Part shown: piece by piece, positions 47,662-57,425 of the stretch
Position numbering within the stretch: the stretch's first letter is position 1
Layout: the number at the start of each line of letters is the position of its first letter
Source of the DNA: a virus
Length of the DNA: 64,000 nucleotides
Direction: 5' to 3' (one strand)
Virus record (IMG/VR): IMGVR_UViG_3300045988_130119
Span: 21,023-85,022 of that record
Position numbers and translations under genes: made by a program
The notes under the pieces: generated by a model
Seen by the model: the letters and a program-made list of their open reading frames with translations, nothing else
The model's database searches: none
What the model was told of the DNA's origin: nothing

Positions 47662-47668
47662 AATTCTC

Positions 47669-48273
47669 CTATCTCAAAAACATAATGTCCTTAATCTCTT
47701 CCCATGTTCTCGGACAATAATTGATCCAATCCATCATTGCACCAACATTATAAGCATAAGGAAGATTCTTAAACTTCTTCACTTCTTTATTCTCTATATT
47801 CAATTGTCTTACTTTATATCTGAGCTTTTCCAGGGATTCCTGATAGATGACATCATCGAAGTTGCCATGTGTGTGACCATAGAGAAGAACTGTATCTTTA
47901 TAACAACCATTCCATGAAAAGATAGGATAATGCGAAAGCACAAGTTTTTGATTGATACCATTGTAATTATCAGTATGTTCAAAATAATCAACAACTGAAT
48001 CAAATAACTGTTTTACTCTATAATCTTTCAATCCTGACTCGTCATGATTTCCAACCAATAAAATTTTTTAGATTTGAGTCTTGAAATAACAGAACACAAA
48101 TATTCATTATCTTTGTTAGTTCCACATCTACCAATATCACCTAGAATGAATGTTGTATCATTATTATTAACAACAGAATTCCAGTTCTTCACAAGAATCT
48201 CATCATGCTCCAATGTACGATGTTCAAAAGAGTTTGTGCAGCCAATATGTAAATCTGCAATATATCTATACAT
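47669..48273 (-). pseudogene. metallophosphoesterase split by frameshift in A6T4 tract (ORFs 48028..48273 + 47669..48058)
   Basis: N-part DLHIG...ILGDIG, C-part GNHDE...GHTHG; one extra base in AAAAAATTTT would yield ...KKILLVGNHDE... Confidence 0.6.
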
Positions 48274-48568
48274 CTTTATTTTCTCCTAAGATTTTACTTC
48301 GAAATGTATTCCAACCATCGTCATAACCGTCACAGTATTCGTCAAAACAATATTTATTATGTTCTTCTTCAGGAACTTCTTTTAACGGACACCAATCTGG
48401 TTTACCCTGACAATAACCGCCATCGCACTGAATATCTCTGAATAAATCTTTATCATTTTCGTCAGACACAACTAAACAATGAGCGGCAATACCCTCATAA
48501 TGCTCGAAACAAAACATGCAGTCTAAACATGTTTCTGGCGTGTCCATAACTAATACTGATTTGCTCAT
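48266..48568 (-). CDS. Cys-rich hypothetical protein
   Basis: ORF track. Confidence 0.35.
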   Translation of the reverse strand: MSKSVLVMDTPETCLDCMFCFEHYEGIAAHCLVVSDENDKDLFRDIQCDGGYCQGKPDWCPLKEVPEEEHNKYCFDEYCDGYDDGWNTFRSKILGENKDV

Positions 48569-48840
48569 ATTTCACCGTCCTCTCTAAATACTTCATCACA
48601 ATAGTTGGTTAATATACATTCATTTGCAACCTGCATTGCAATTCTTGACACCATTTTCAGGGACTCTCTGATTATTGTTCCATTCGGAGTTCTATGATTA
48701 TATCCGTAACCAGAATAAAAATCACGTCCCATCATTTCGTCATTTCCTTTTCGCAAGTTGTATTCCTGTGCATACTTAATTTCATCTTTTGCAAGATATA
48801 GGCTTTCTATCATATAGTCTATTTTGTTTAACTGATCCAT
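48565..48840 (-). CDS. hypothetical protein
   Basis: ORF track. Confidence 0.35.
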   Translation of the reverse strand: MDQLNKIDYMIESLYLAKDEIKYAQEYNLRKGNDEMMGRDFYSGYGYNHRTPNGTIIRESLKMVSRIAMQVANECILTNYCDEVFREDGEI

Positions 48841-49328
48841 AGTTTCACCTCGCCTATAAATTTATTAGTGCGATTACATCCTGCACTGATATATTCTTTT
48901 CTTTTGCTTTTCTGATAATACGTTCATGATTTGGGGAGAAGTCTTCTTGATGGTAGCAACCATCTACACAACCTTCATATTCATCATAATATTTACAAAA
49001 AAGCATTTATAAAATTCATTTCTCATATCATCACCTCAATATATCTTTAATGAAACACGTATTTTAATTAAACCCATGTTTCTTCCTTGTCTTTGATTAT
49101 AAAATATTTTTTACTTGTTTTTCAAAAAGTTTCTCGCCAAAGAACTTAAAAAGTTCCAGATGTTCTGTTTGTTTTACAACTGTTTTGCTCACGCGATACA
49201 CAAACTGTTGTCTCTTTTATTAGTCGTCTGATGGTGTAATGAATATGAAGTTAATGTTAATCGTATTCATCCACGCTCATGCGAGGTATTCTATGGGCAT
49301 GGTGCTCTACTAAGCTCTTATAGTGATT

Positions 49329-49919
49329 TTATAAAACTTCATTTAGCAACTCCAGTGTATCAAGATTTGCCTTGATTTTTGAGATTTTCTCTTTTAACGC
49401 GCTGTAATCATAGATTTCACTAATCTCTTGTTTGTCATATGCAATTTTGGTTTTCAGGTCAGCTATAGCTTCACATATTAGTTTTTCACTCAGATATACA
49501 TCATGACTGCCTATGAAAAGCTGTGCTTTATTGCCAGCAAACTTATCACGCGCTGCATAAAATTTGCTGGTTAAGTCTGAGTCTGGCATGAGATGAGAAT
49601 TTGTATAAATTCCCAAGTCGTTCCAAAGTGTAAATTTCACTTCGTTTGTTTTCTCATATCTGTGTACCCAAATGGATGCCATTCCTTTGTTTGAGACATT
49701 ATGAATAACACCATCTTTGACATATATATCTTTTTTGTCTAAGATACGTACCGTATCACGATAAGTTTCATTCCATTTGGAAACAGGCACATTTACACCT
49801 TTGTTATAAGTCATTGTGATATATATATGTTCATTCATTACGTGGTTGAACGCGTACTTTGGTGTCATGCCAAGGTATGTGTTGAATGTATTTAATACTT
49901 TGTATAGATTTTCGCTCAT
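49329..49919 (-). CDS. hypothetical protein
   Basis: ORF track. Confidence 0.4.
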   Translation of the reverse strand: MSENLYKVLNTFNTYLGMTPKYAFNHVMNEHIYITMTYNKGVNVPVSKWNETYRDTVRILDKKDIYVKDGVIHNVSNKGMASIWVHRYEKTNEVKFTLWNDLGIYTNSHLMPDSDLTSKFYAARDKFAGNKAQLFIGSHDVYLSEKLICEAIADLKTKIAYDKQEISEIYDYSALKEKISKIKANLDTLELLNEVL

Positions 49920-50107
49920 GTTGTAGCTCCTTTTTCATTTCATCCTTGCCGTTTTTTTTCACTAACCTTATATATGTTTATTTCATCTCACCTAGTTTTC
50001 TACCACACTCAGGGCAATATTTTATAGGGATATAAATTGTACCAACGCCTTCTCCATCGAAATAGCTTGGACAAGTTAATATTAGCGTAGGTCTAGCTGT
50101 TTGATAA

Positions 50108-50390
50108 TCATGCCTTATATTTTGCAACTGCATCTTCCCAGTTAGCTATGGTACAAACCTTGTCTATTCCCTCTTCAATACGTTCTATTTGCTTAGAAGA
50201 AACACAAGGAGTATTTTTAAAAGCTCTACCTATTGCTAATTTAACATCATGTAAGGTTTTCTTTTTTTTTGAGTTTTAAATTATGCCTCCTCAATAAATC
50301 CATCCGGCATTTTTTTTCACAAACATTACCGTAATTAACAAACCATTCTACCCATAATGCTTCTGCAAATATTTCTTGTGGTAATCTCAT
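50108..50390 (-). pseudogene. small gene split by frameshift in A9 homopolymer
   Basis: MRLPQEIFAEALWVEWFVNYGNVCEKKCRMDLLRRHNLKLKKK then frame switches to TLHDVKLAIGRAFKNTPCVSSKQIERIEEGIDKVCTIANWEDAVAKYKA. Confidence 0.4.
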
Positions 50391-50444
50391 TCTGCATCTC
50401 TCAATTCACTTTTGAAAACAATCGTTTTATTTACTTTAATTTAA

Positions 50445-50660
50445 TTAAGTCTGATTCTTCGACATATCCGGTATCTGAAAAACGGCAATACATTCATCAT
50501 CAGTAACCGTCATATCCGAAAATATCAACTTTTCTAAACTACATTTTGTTGTATAATTTTCTTTTACACCTATACAAATTCTGTCATATTCCAGCTTACA
50601 CTCATCAAAAGTTTTTCCTTTAATCACAACACTACGATTCAAAATTTTAATTTCTGTCAT
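50445..50660 (-). CDS. hypothetical protein
   Basis: ORF track. Confidence 0.3.
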   Translation of the reverse strand: MTEIKILNRSVVIKGKTFDECKLEYDRICIGVKENYTTKCSLEKLIFSDMTVTDDECIAVFQIPDMSKNQT

Positions 50661-50688
50661 GCGATTACATCTTTCTCTATGTTTCTTT

Positions 50689-50895
50689 CTAACTCATTCT
50701 TGTACTTTTCTTTTGCTTCTTTAATTGTTTTTGTAGTTCTGCTATCCCTTCGATGTTAAATGGAGAACACATAATGAATGCATTTTCCATCACATTTATT
50801 GCATTTGCAGTATCGCTACCAAATCCAAATAAAACAGAGTCTTTATATTCTTGAATAGCTGTTTTTACAACTTTTTCTTTATATAAATTTCTCAT
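50689..50895 (-). CDS. hypothetical protein
   Basis: ORF track; GGAGGC SD; palindromic motif 15 nt upstream. Confidence 0.35.
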   Translation of the reverse strand: MRNLYKEKVVKTAIQEYKDSVLFGFGSDTANAINVMENAFIMCSPFNIEGIAELQKQLKKQKKSTRMS

Positions 50896-50962
50896 TACTT
50901 AAGCCTCCAAATGAAACACGGCTTTCATTTTTTAATTTTCTATTCTAATGTCATTTTCATAC

Positions 50963-51289
50963 TTAATACTCCAATTCATATTCTTCTTCATGTACTAAAC
51001 CTTCTAATTTTTCACCAACGAAACACAAGATATATTCTTTTACAATGTCTGGATATTTTATATTTTCTTCATAGAAAATAATATCTAAAATCTTTCTATC
51101 CCATGTAATGTAAAAATATGCAGAAACATAATCTCCGTTTTTTATATAGAATTTGTCCAACCACTTGTCATAATATATGTAACACACGTTATCTGTTATA
51201 TCGCACAAGCCTTTTAACAGTTCACACTCATAGTATTTTGTATATCTTGTATTCGGCAAATATTTACTATGTACTAACCTCATTTGCAT
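50963..51289 (-). CDS. hypothetical protein
   Basis: ORF track. Confidence 0.35.
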   Translation of the reverse strand: MQMRLVHSKYLPNTRYTKYYECELLKGLCDITDNVCYIYYDKWLDKFYIKNGDYVSAYFYITWDRKILDIIFYEENIKYPDIVKEYILCFVGEKLEGLVHEEEYELEY

Positions 51290-51341
51290 TCCTTTCTTAA
51301 ATAAGTGTACAGAGCCGTATAGCTCCGCACACTTTTCAAAT

Positions 51342-52211
51342 TTACATTCTCACATTCATATCTTTTACAATATTTTTTACTGTATCTTCTGAAATTTCAC
51401 AATCTGAAAAAGCTGATCTCAAAGCATCAGCATAAATCTTCGCTGCTTCTTTAGTCTCTTTAAGTTTTTCTTCAGCTTTTCTCTGCTTTTCTTCCGCAAG
51501 TCTCTCTGCCCTTCTCTGTTTCTGAGCAATCTTTTTCTGTCTTTTTCTTTCTCTAACAATCGCTTCTTCGTCATCAAGCTCTTTTAATTTCTGCTGAATC
51601 TCGTATACTTTCATAGCTTTTTTGAGTTTTTTCATATTATCTTTGAAATGAGTAAAGATTTCTGCCTCATATTCGATTCCCTTTGGAGTAAGGTCTTCAC
51701 TCTCATATTTTACATATGCAAGAATAATTGCCTTCTCAAGACTAAACGTATCATCATTGTGACACTTCATTGTGAATGTAGTGCCTATACCCAAACAATC
51801 ATTTATAGTTACCTTAACGATTTTTCCTGGAACAATAATCTCAATAGATTCAATGGCTGAATCTCTCTGATAGTTTTTTAACTGTCCTTCTAATCTTTGT
51901 CTCTGTGTCATCTGTTTTTTCATTTTTTTCTTACTCTCTTTCTGTGTTTTTAGTGTTTTTAATGACGGCGAAAAATCTGCGTCCTCAAGCATATCATCCG
52001 TAAAATACCAGAAATATCCATCTCTGTTTTTTAACCAATAACCTTTTTCCAATACAGAGTCAATTTCATAAACACCACCGCAAAACTCTTTCATTCGTTT
52101 TGTAAAATAACCTGTTTTTGTGCTTATATGACCAAATTTATCAACACCAAACTCTTTTACCATATCATCCCATTGTCTGACACGAACTTTATCTCCTATT
52201 TTATATTTCAT
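51342..52211 (-). CDS. hypothetical protein with KR-rich coiled-coil C-terminus
   Basis: ORF track. Confidence 0.4.
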   Translation of the reverse strand: MKYKIGDKVRVRQWDDMVKEFGVDKFGHISTKTGYFTKRMKEFCGGVYEIDSVLEKGYWLKNRDGYFWYFTDDMLEDADFSPSLKTLKTQKESKKKMKKQMTQRQRLEGQLKNYQRDSAIESIEIIVPGKIVKVTINDCLGIGTTFTMKCHNDDTFSLEKAIILAYVKYESEDLTPKGIEYEAEIFTHFKDNMKKLKKAMKVYEIQQKLKELDDEEAIVRERKRQKKIAQKQRRAERLAEEKQRKAEEKLKETKEAAKIYADALRSAFSDCEISEDTVKNIVKDMNVRM

Positions 52212-52255
52212 TCTATTCCCTTTCTTGACTTTCTACTTTATAAATCTTATAATAA

Positions 52256-52283
52256 ATGACAAAGGTATTAACCTTTGTAGATT
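52256..52283 (-). terminator. Rho-independent terminator (minus strand)
   Basis: 8-bp stem ACAAAGGT/ACCTTTGT, 4-nt loop, followed on minus strand by ATTTATTATAAGATTT. Confidence 0.45.
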
Positions 52284-52411
52284 CTTTATTTATAGCCAAC
52301 ACACTTGTATGCCCTTAACCTCTGTGTTGACTCAATTCTTACCAATATATAGTATTTTATTCTTGTTAAAGCGACTATATATTGATTCATTTTTCAAATA
52401 AAACATTCCTT

Positions 52412-53242
52412 TCAATTAGCTATTTTATTAATAGTAAAATTTTTATATATTTTTTGTACCCAATCATAAAAATCTGATTGAGACATCGTTGATTTAGCTT
52501 GATTACACCATCTGCAACATGGAACAACATTCTCTAAACTATATCCTTTAGTAGAATCTATTCTGTCAATTCCGTTATATTGGAAATTATAACCATTAAT
52601 ATTTTTTATAGATCCATGATTTATTCCACAATAAAAACATGGTTGTTTTATAATTTCTTCAAAGAAATCATTTTCTATTTCCCATTTATATCCTCTTCTT
52701 TTTGCACTAGACTTATATCTTCCCTTAATTAATGATATTGCCGTTTTTTCTTTATCTTCATTTGTACTTTGTTTTGGTCTAAAATAACGTTTCATTTTAC
52801 ATCCACAAGATCTTATCAAACCATTTTCCAATTTATAACCAACAACATGTGTTTTGTTGCCACATTCACACAAACATAACCATTTAATCTGACCATTATT
52901 TGTTCTTGTCCCATCATCTTTTATGACTGTAAGCATTCCAAATTTTTCATCAGAATAGTCTTTGTTGGTTTTCTTTATTTTTTTAGGTGCTTTTATAAAT
53001 TCACTTATTTTTGAATTTATTAGTCTATATGTAAATACCCATTCTGTTTTTTCTTTATATTCAATTAGAACTTCTGGTGAAACTCCGTTTGTTCTATAAT
53101 CAACAATGTGAAAATTTCCTTGGATGTTATCAAAAACAAAATTAACAGTATGTCCAACGCTTTCTTTCCAAGATACATTTTTATTTGGTAATTTTGGTAA
53201 ATTATCTAAATAAACTTTCCTCATTATTAGTTTTAGGAGCAT
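52412..53242 (-). CDS. HNH endonuclease
   Basis: C-terminal HNH GIDRIDSTKGYSLENVVPCCRWCNQAK; zinc CxxC...CxC upstream. Confidence 0.6.
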   Translation of the reverse strand: MLLKLIMRKVYLDNLPKLPNKNVSWKESVGHTVNFVFDNIQGNFHIVDYRTNGVSPEVLIEYKEKTEWVFTYRLINSKISEFIKAPKKIKKTNKDYSDEKFGMLTVIKDDGTRTNNGQIKWLCLCECGNKTHVVGYKLENGLIRSCGCKMKRYFRPKQSTNEDKEKTAISLIKGRYKSSAKRRGYKWEIENDFFEEIIKQPCFYCGINHGSIKNINGYNFQYNGIDRIDSTKGYSLENVVPCCRWCNQAKSTMSQSDFYDWVQKIYKNFTINKIAN

Positions 53243-53362
53243 TGCAATTTTTATCCATGGAACTCAACCTCCTTTTCTTTTATATACACTCTGAAATTTT
53301 CCAGAAAAAACCTAAATTTCAAAAGGAGACGATTAGATTTGAAGCTAACCGCCTCCAACATA

Positions 53363-53749
53363 TTAATCTAATTCAGCGAGCATTTTATCCAAATCTTCGT
53401 CTGACATATTCTCCAATACTGCATCCTGTCGTTTTGCTTTAATCTCTAAAAGTCGCTGTTTCATCTCTGCATTTTTTCTAGCATTTTCTCTTGTTTTCTT
53501 CTCTTCAAGCTTGATATTTACAATATATTTTACAATTTCAATCTTATTAGAAAGCTCTTCGTTCTCTTTAGATTTTGTTTCAAGAAGACTTTCTTCTTCT
53601 GATTTTTTAGCTTCTGCATTTAATGTTTTAAATACTGAATCAAGATTTGTAAGAGATAAATCCCAAAGATCCTCTACTGAAATCATTCCTCTAAATGGGA
53701 ATCTCATTTTATTACGAGTTGCTGTTTCAAATAATTTTCCTGCTTCCAT
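53363..53749 (-). CDS. coiled-coil hypothetical protein
   Basis: ORF track. Confidence 0.35.
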   Translation of the reverse strand: MEAGKLFETATRNKMRFPFRGMISVEDLWDLSLTNLDSVFKTLNAEAKKSEEESLLETKSKENEELSNKIEIVKYIVNIKLEEKKTRENARKNAEMKQRLLEIKAKRQDAVLENMSDEDLDKMLAELD

Positions 53750-53769
53750 AATAATATTCTCCTTTACAT

Positions 53770-55812
53770 TTAAAATTTAATTTTTAAAACTCTTTCTACG
53801 CTACCAATTACTTTTACGATTACTTCAGCTCTTTTATCTGTTGCAAAACCAACTCCTGAAAGTTGGTCATCTGAATCCTCTACTCTCATTTTAGAACTAA
53901 GTGCTTCCATGACTTTTCTGTGCTCATACAAATCTTGTACTAAAAACTCATTAAACATTCCAGATGGATTTTCATCATTAATACAATTTTTGAGCATAAA
54001 GAACACATGTCTATGTCCAGTTTTATTTTTAACATTCTCCCAATAATTAGGGCTGTAACAGATTACACTTACTGGAACAAAGTCGTTTGTTTTTACATTC
54101 CAAACTTCTTTTGATGAAACATTTGATGTGAGTAATTCTTTGATAGTGAATTTTCCATCTTCATAAGTTACTTCTGCTACATTTACATCTTCTCCCTTTC
54201 TCATTGAATGTGGATAATCAAATGAATAAATCTGTCCGTCAAATTCAATCTCTGCTCTGAAACCATTTTTAACTGAACCACTAAACTGACGCACAAAAAA
54301 CAGATACTTTCCATTTTTCATTGTATTTCTATCTACCCATGCAATATTTTCTACAGCTATATTTCTGCCAGGATGAATAATATCTACATCAAGTTCGCCA
54401 TTTGTATTTCTGTCAACTTTATGTCTATAATAAATTTCAGTACATGGAGTTTTACAATGTGCATCCAAATCACAATCATCTTCCCCACTTTCATTCCACT
54501 GTAAACTAAATCTCAAATCTCCTGTTACATTACCACCAGCAGCTTTAACTCTATCTCTCATGCTTGAATCTGTAAGATTTCCAGAATAAGTCCAACTAAA
54601 ATTATTTCCCCATTTAAACATAGATTTAGAATCAATATTTTGTGGAGCAATAAGAGAAACTAAATTACTCAAATGTTTATTCTCTAAGTACAATTCAACC
54701 TCATTTGCTGTAGGTAAAATATCATTGATAAAACTATTAATAGTCACTTCTTCAACTTTTGAAAATTTCTTTGCGTTTCCACCTCTTACATTATTCGCAA
54801 GTTCTCCAAAAATATCGTTTGCTCCACTAATCCTCTTTGCTGAATCTTTATTGCTGAATAAGATATCATTGACTGTAATATCGTCAAGTGTCGCATATCT
54901 TCTTGGTAAAGAATCCATATAACCTAATTCAACAATCTGCTTTTGAGCCTTTTCTAACATTGCCTTTGTGTAAATCGGTTTACTTCTCTTGTAATTAGTA
55001 GGGGCTACAATCTGTTCGTATTTTTTAACTGCTGTGTCAAGATCCATTCCCTCACTTACATTAACAAGAAGAACTCCAATAGAATGATTTCTAATTCTAC
55101 CAATAACCATTCCTACAGCTACAGATTTTTCCCATGCATACAATTCTTTTTCTACATCCGATGCCAATTTTTCATATTCTTTCTTGTACTTCTTAAACTC
55201 TGTAAGTGCTGCCTTCCATTCTTCACCTTTGTAAAGAGTATTAGAATTAATAAGTTCAAGAATTGTATTAAGTGCTTCCATAGTAATTTCATCAAGTGAA
55301 CGTTTAAATACATTTTTTGTATCTCTAAATTGTCCTTTCAATTCTTCATTTGATTTACTAGATGTATTTACGAATTTTTTAGGAAGTTCCAAGAAGAAAT
55401 GATCCCAACGATGAGATTTTCCATCAATTTCTTCAAAGTTATGGTCTGTACCAATCTTAGAAAAACTTGTCGTATAAATATCTACAACAGTGTGAGATTT
55501 CACAAATGCATCAAGTGCATCACATACCGGCTGATAAGTAGTATCTCCAAGATTAAGTTCCCAAATTGTATGAATCTGATTATCTTTAATTACAACAGCG
55601 TTTCCAATGTTTTTAATAAACTGTCTACAGCAGCTACAATCGTGTTCTCTACGCTCTCTGAAAATTTCATTCGTACCGGCAGGAAAACTATCAAGATATG
55701 TATTCCATAATTCATCTTTATCTACGTTTACCTCAAATAAATGTGTTGTTTCTTTCTGCATTTCATCAAAATACTTCTGTAATTCCAGTTTAAATTTAAC
55801 AAAATTATTCAT
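53770..55812 (-). CDS. large hypothetical protein (680 aa)
   Basis: ORF track; no recognisable motif. Confidence 0.4.
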   Translation of the reverse strand: MNNFVKFKLELQKYFDEMQKETTHLFEVNVDKDELWNTYLDSFPAGTNEIFRERREHDCSCCRQFIKNIGNAVVIKDNQIHTIWELNLGDTTYQPVCDALDAFVKSHTVVDIYTTSFSKIGTDHNFEEIDGKSHRWDHFFLELPKKFVNTSSKSNEELKGQFRDTKNVFKRSLDEITMEALNTILELINSNTLYKGEEWKAALTEFKKYKKEYEKLASDVEKELYAWEKSVAVGMVIGRIRNHSIGVLLVNVSEGMDLDTAVKKYEQIVAPTNYKRSKPIYTKAMLEKAQKQIVELGYMDSLPRRYATLDDITVNDILFSNKDSAKRISGANDIFGELANNVRGGNAKKFSKVEEVTINSFINDILPTANEVELYLENKHLSNLVSLIAPQNIDSKSMFKWGNNFSWTYSGNLTDSSMRDRVKAAGGNVTGDLRFSLQWNESGEDDCDLDAHCKTPCTEIYYRHKVDRNTNGELDVDIIHPGRNIAVENIAWVDRNTMKNGKYLFFVRQFSGSVKNGFRAEIEFDGQIYSFDYPHSMRKGEDVNVAEVTYEDGKFTIKELLTSNVSSKEVWNVKTNDFVPVSVICYSPNYWENVKNKTGHRHVFFMLKNCINDENPSGMFNEFLVQDLYEHRKVMEALSSKMRVEDSDDQLSGVGFATDKRAEVIVKVIGSVERVLKIKF

Positions 55813-55849
55813 AAATTATTCTCCTTTGCATCTTTACTATTTTTCATTC

Positions 55850-56140
55850 TTAATCACAAAGTCCTAGCATTTTCATTGCTCTTTCCATTACAAGTTTTTC
55901 AAGTTTTTCTTCCACTCGTTCTTTAACTTTGTCAACAGTCTCATCAATAATACATTCAACAATATCATCAGGATTAATTAGATATTCATGATAATCATGC
56001 ATATCATCTCTGACTTGTTCTACAATTACATCAACAATACGTTTTTTCGTATCTTCAACATTCTCTTTGCCAAGAAATTGTAACAATGGATTGTCTATAT
56101 TTGCTTCTTCGATTTTACTCTCAATTGACATGTCTCTCAT
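55850..56140 (-). CDS. hypothetical acidic protein
   Basis: ORF track. Confidence 0.3.
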   Translation of the reverse strand: MRDMSIESKIEEANIDNPLLQFLGKENVEDTKKRIVDVIVEQVRDDMHDYHEYLINPDDIVECIIDETVDKVKERVEEKLEKLVMERAMKMLGLCD

Positions 56141-56152
56141 TTTTTATTCTCC

Positions 56153-56713
56153 TTTTATTCTTGTGTAAAAATCACAATATGTTGAATCAAAATAATCGTC
56201 TACTCTATCCAAATACCACGGCTGATTTAGAATATCATTTTTCTTATCGTATTCTTTCCAGTTCCAACTACCCATTCTTGAATGAATATATAAGACATTC
56301 TCCACACCGGCATATTTGTTCCAAATATCATACTGCTTTTGAATCTTTTTCTTTTGTTTCTTAATCTCAAATTTTAAAATCCTACGTTTCCATCCATGAA
56401 TTCTATCCCACCGAATTCCAATATATTTTGGATATTTACCATCTTTGTCTTTAATAAGATAATAGTCTTTTAGAATGCCTGTCCATAAACTAGATTCATG
56501 ATATTCTGGGTTTGCTTTCCAAAATGGAATGGCTTCACATAATTCTTTTGCTACATCAATAATTGATTCATCTTATATTGTTTTTATTTCTTCTTTAGAC
56601 AAGGGTTTCTCATTTATCATTAATCTATATCCACGAACACGTGGAATTTCAATTCCATTGTCTTTTGCGATTTCGTCCAATTCTTCTATATTCATGTATG
56701 CTCCAAGATCCAT
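56153..56713 (-). pseudogene. 187-codon gene with single in-frame TAA at 56573-56575 (absent from ORF track)
   Basis: ATG 56711-56713; 46 sense codons, TAA, then 140 further open codons in same frame with no internal start; fills gap between flanking genes. Confidence 0.45.
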
Positions 56714-56756
56714 TTAATAACCTCCATAAAATTTCGAATTCATTAACTCATATTTT

Positions 56757-57335
56757 CTACTTTTCTTCATATATAATTCCCATCAATACAAGAGCCATTT
56801 TCATACAGACTTTTTCTTCTCTGAGAATTCTTTTAATTTCGTCTTCGTCTGCCAACACTACTTCTATCTCTTCTGTAGTTTCATTTTTATCTGTACTTAC
56901 TGTTCCATACACTTTTCCACAAATGATAGAACAGCTTTCATCTGTCATTCCAGCGGAAGAATAGAACGCTCTACTAGAAAATTCTGTCTTCATTGGCACA
57001 AAATCCAAACCAGTTTCTTCTTTCATTTCCCTGATTGCTGTTTCATAAATATCTTCTCCTTCATCTATAAGCCCAGCGGGAAATTCATAGAGATAATCTC
57101 CAATTGCATATCTGTACTGCTTAATAAGGATTATTCTTTCATCGTCTGTAATTCCAATCATGGCAACTGCGTCTGGTTTCTCTTTATGATTGATTGCCTT
57201 CAAGTCTCCAACTTCTTTCGCCCTAGAAGCTACCAGATATTGTAATGGTTCTCCATTTTTATTCTCTGTATGTAATTTGTAGAGATTTAAAAATCTTTCA
57301 TCAGTCATTTTTACTGCTGTATTAATCTTACTCAT
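56757..57335 (-). CDS. NUDIX hydrolase (ADP-ribose pyrophosphatase-like)
   Basis: Nudix box GLIDEGEDIYETAIREMKEETGL. Confidence 0.75.
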   Translation of the reverse strand: MSKINTAVKMTDERFLNLYKLHTENKNGEPLQYLVASRAKEVGDLKAINHKEKPDAVAMIGITDDERIILIKQYRYAIGDYLYEFPAGLIDEGEDIYETAIREMKEETGLDFVPMKTEFSSRAFYSSAGMTDESCSIICGKVYGTVSTDKNETTEEIEVVLADEDEIKRILREEKVCMKMALVLMGIIYEEK

Positions 57336-57425
57336 TTTATCATCCTTTTATATACCATATATAGTGTTTTATATTTTATATGATACTATATATTGATTTA
57401 TTTTCTTAATGAAAGCACTCTTTCA

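Noticed and set aside
33819-55812. RNA ligase partner for the PNK-like enzyme
   Set aside because: No KxDG or KxHG nucleotidyltransferase motif was found by eye in any ORF of the window. The 680-aa and 175-aa unknowns cannot be assigned without profile searches.
46396-56575. Alternative genetic code (TGA=Trp, code 4) or systematic stop-codon recoding by a suppressor tRNA
   Set aside because: Trp is encoded by TGG throughout and most genes terminate normally at TGA or TAA. There are only two in-frame stops and they use different codons. The canonical tRNAs carry TTG anticodons and none carries UUA, UCA or CUA.
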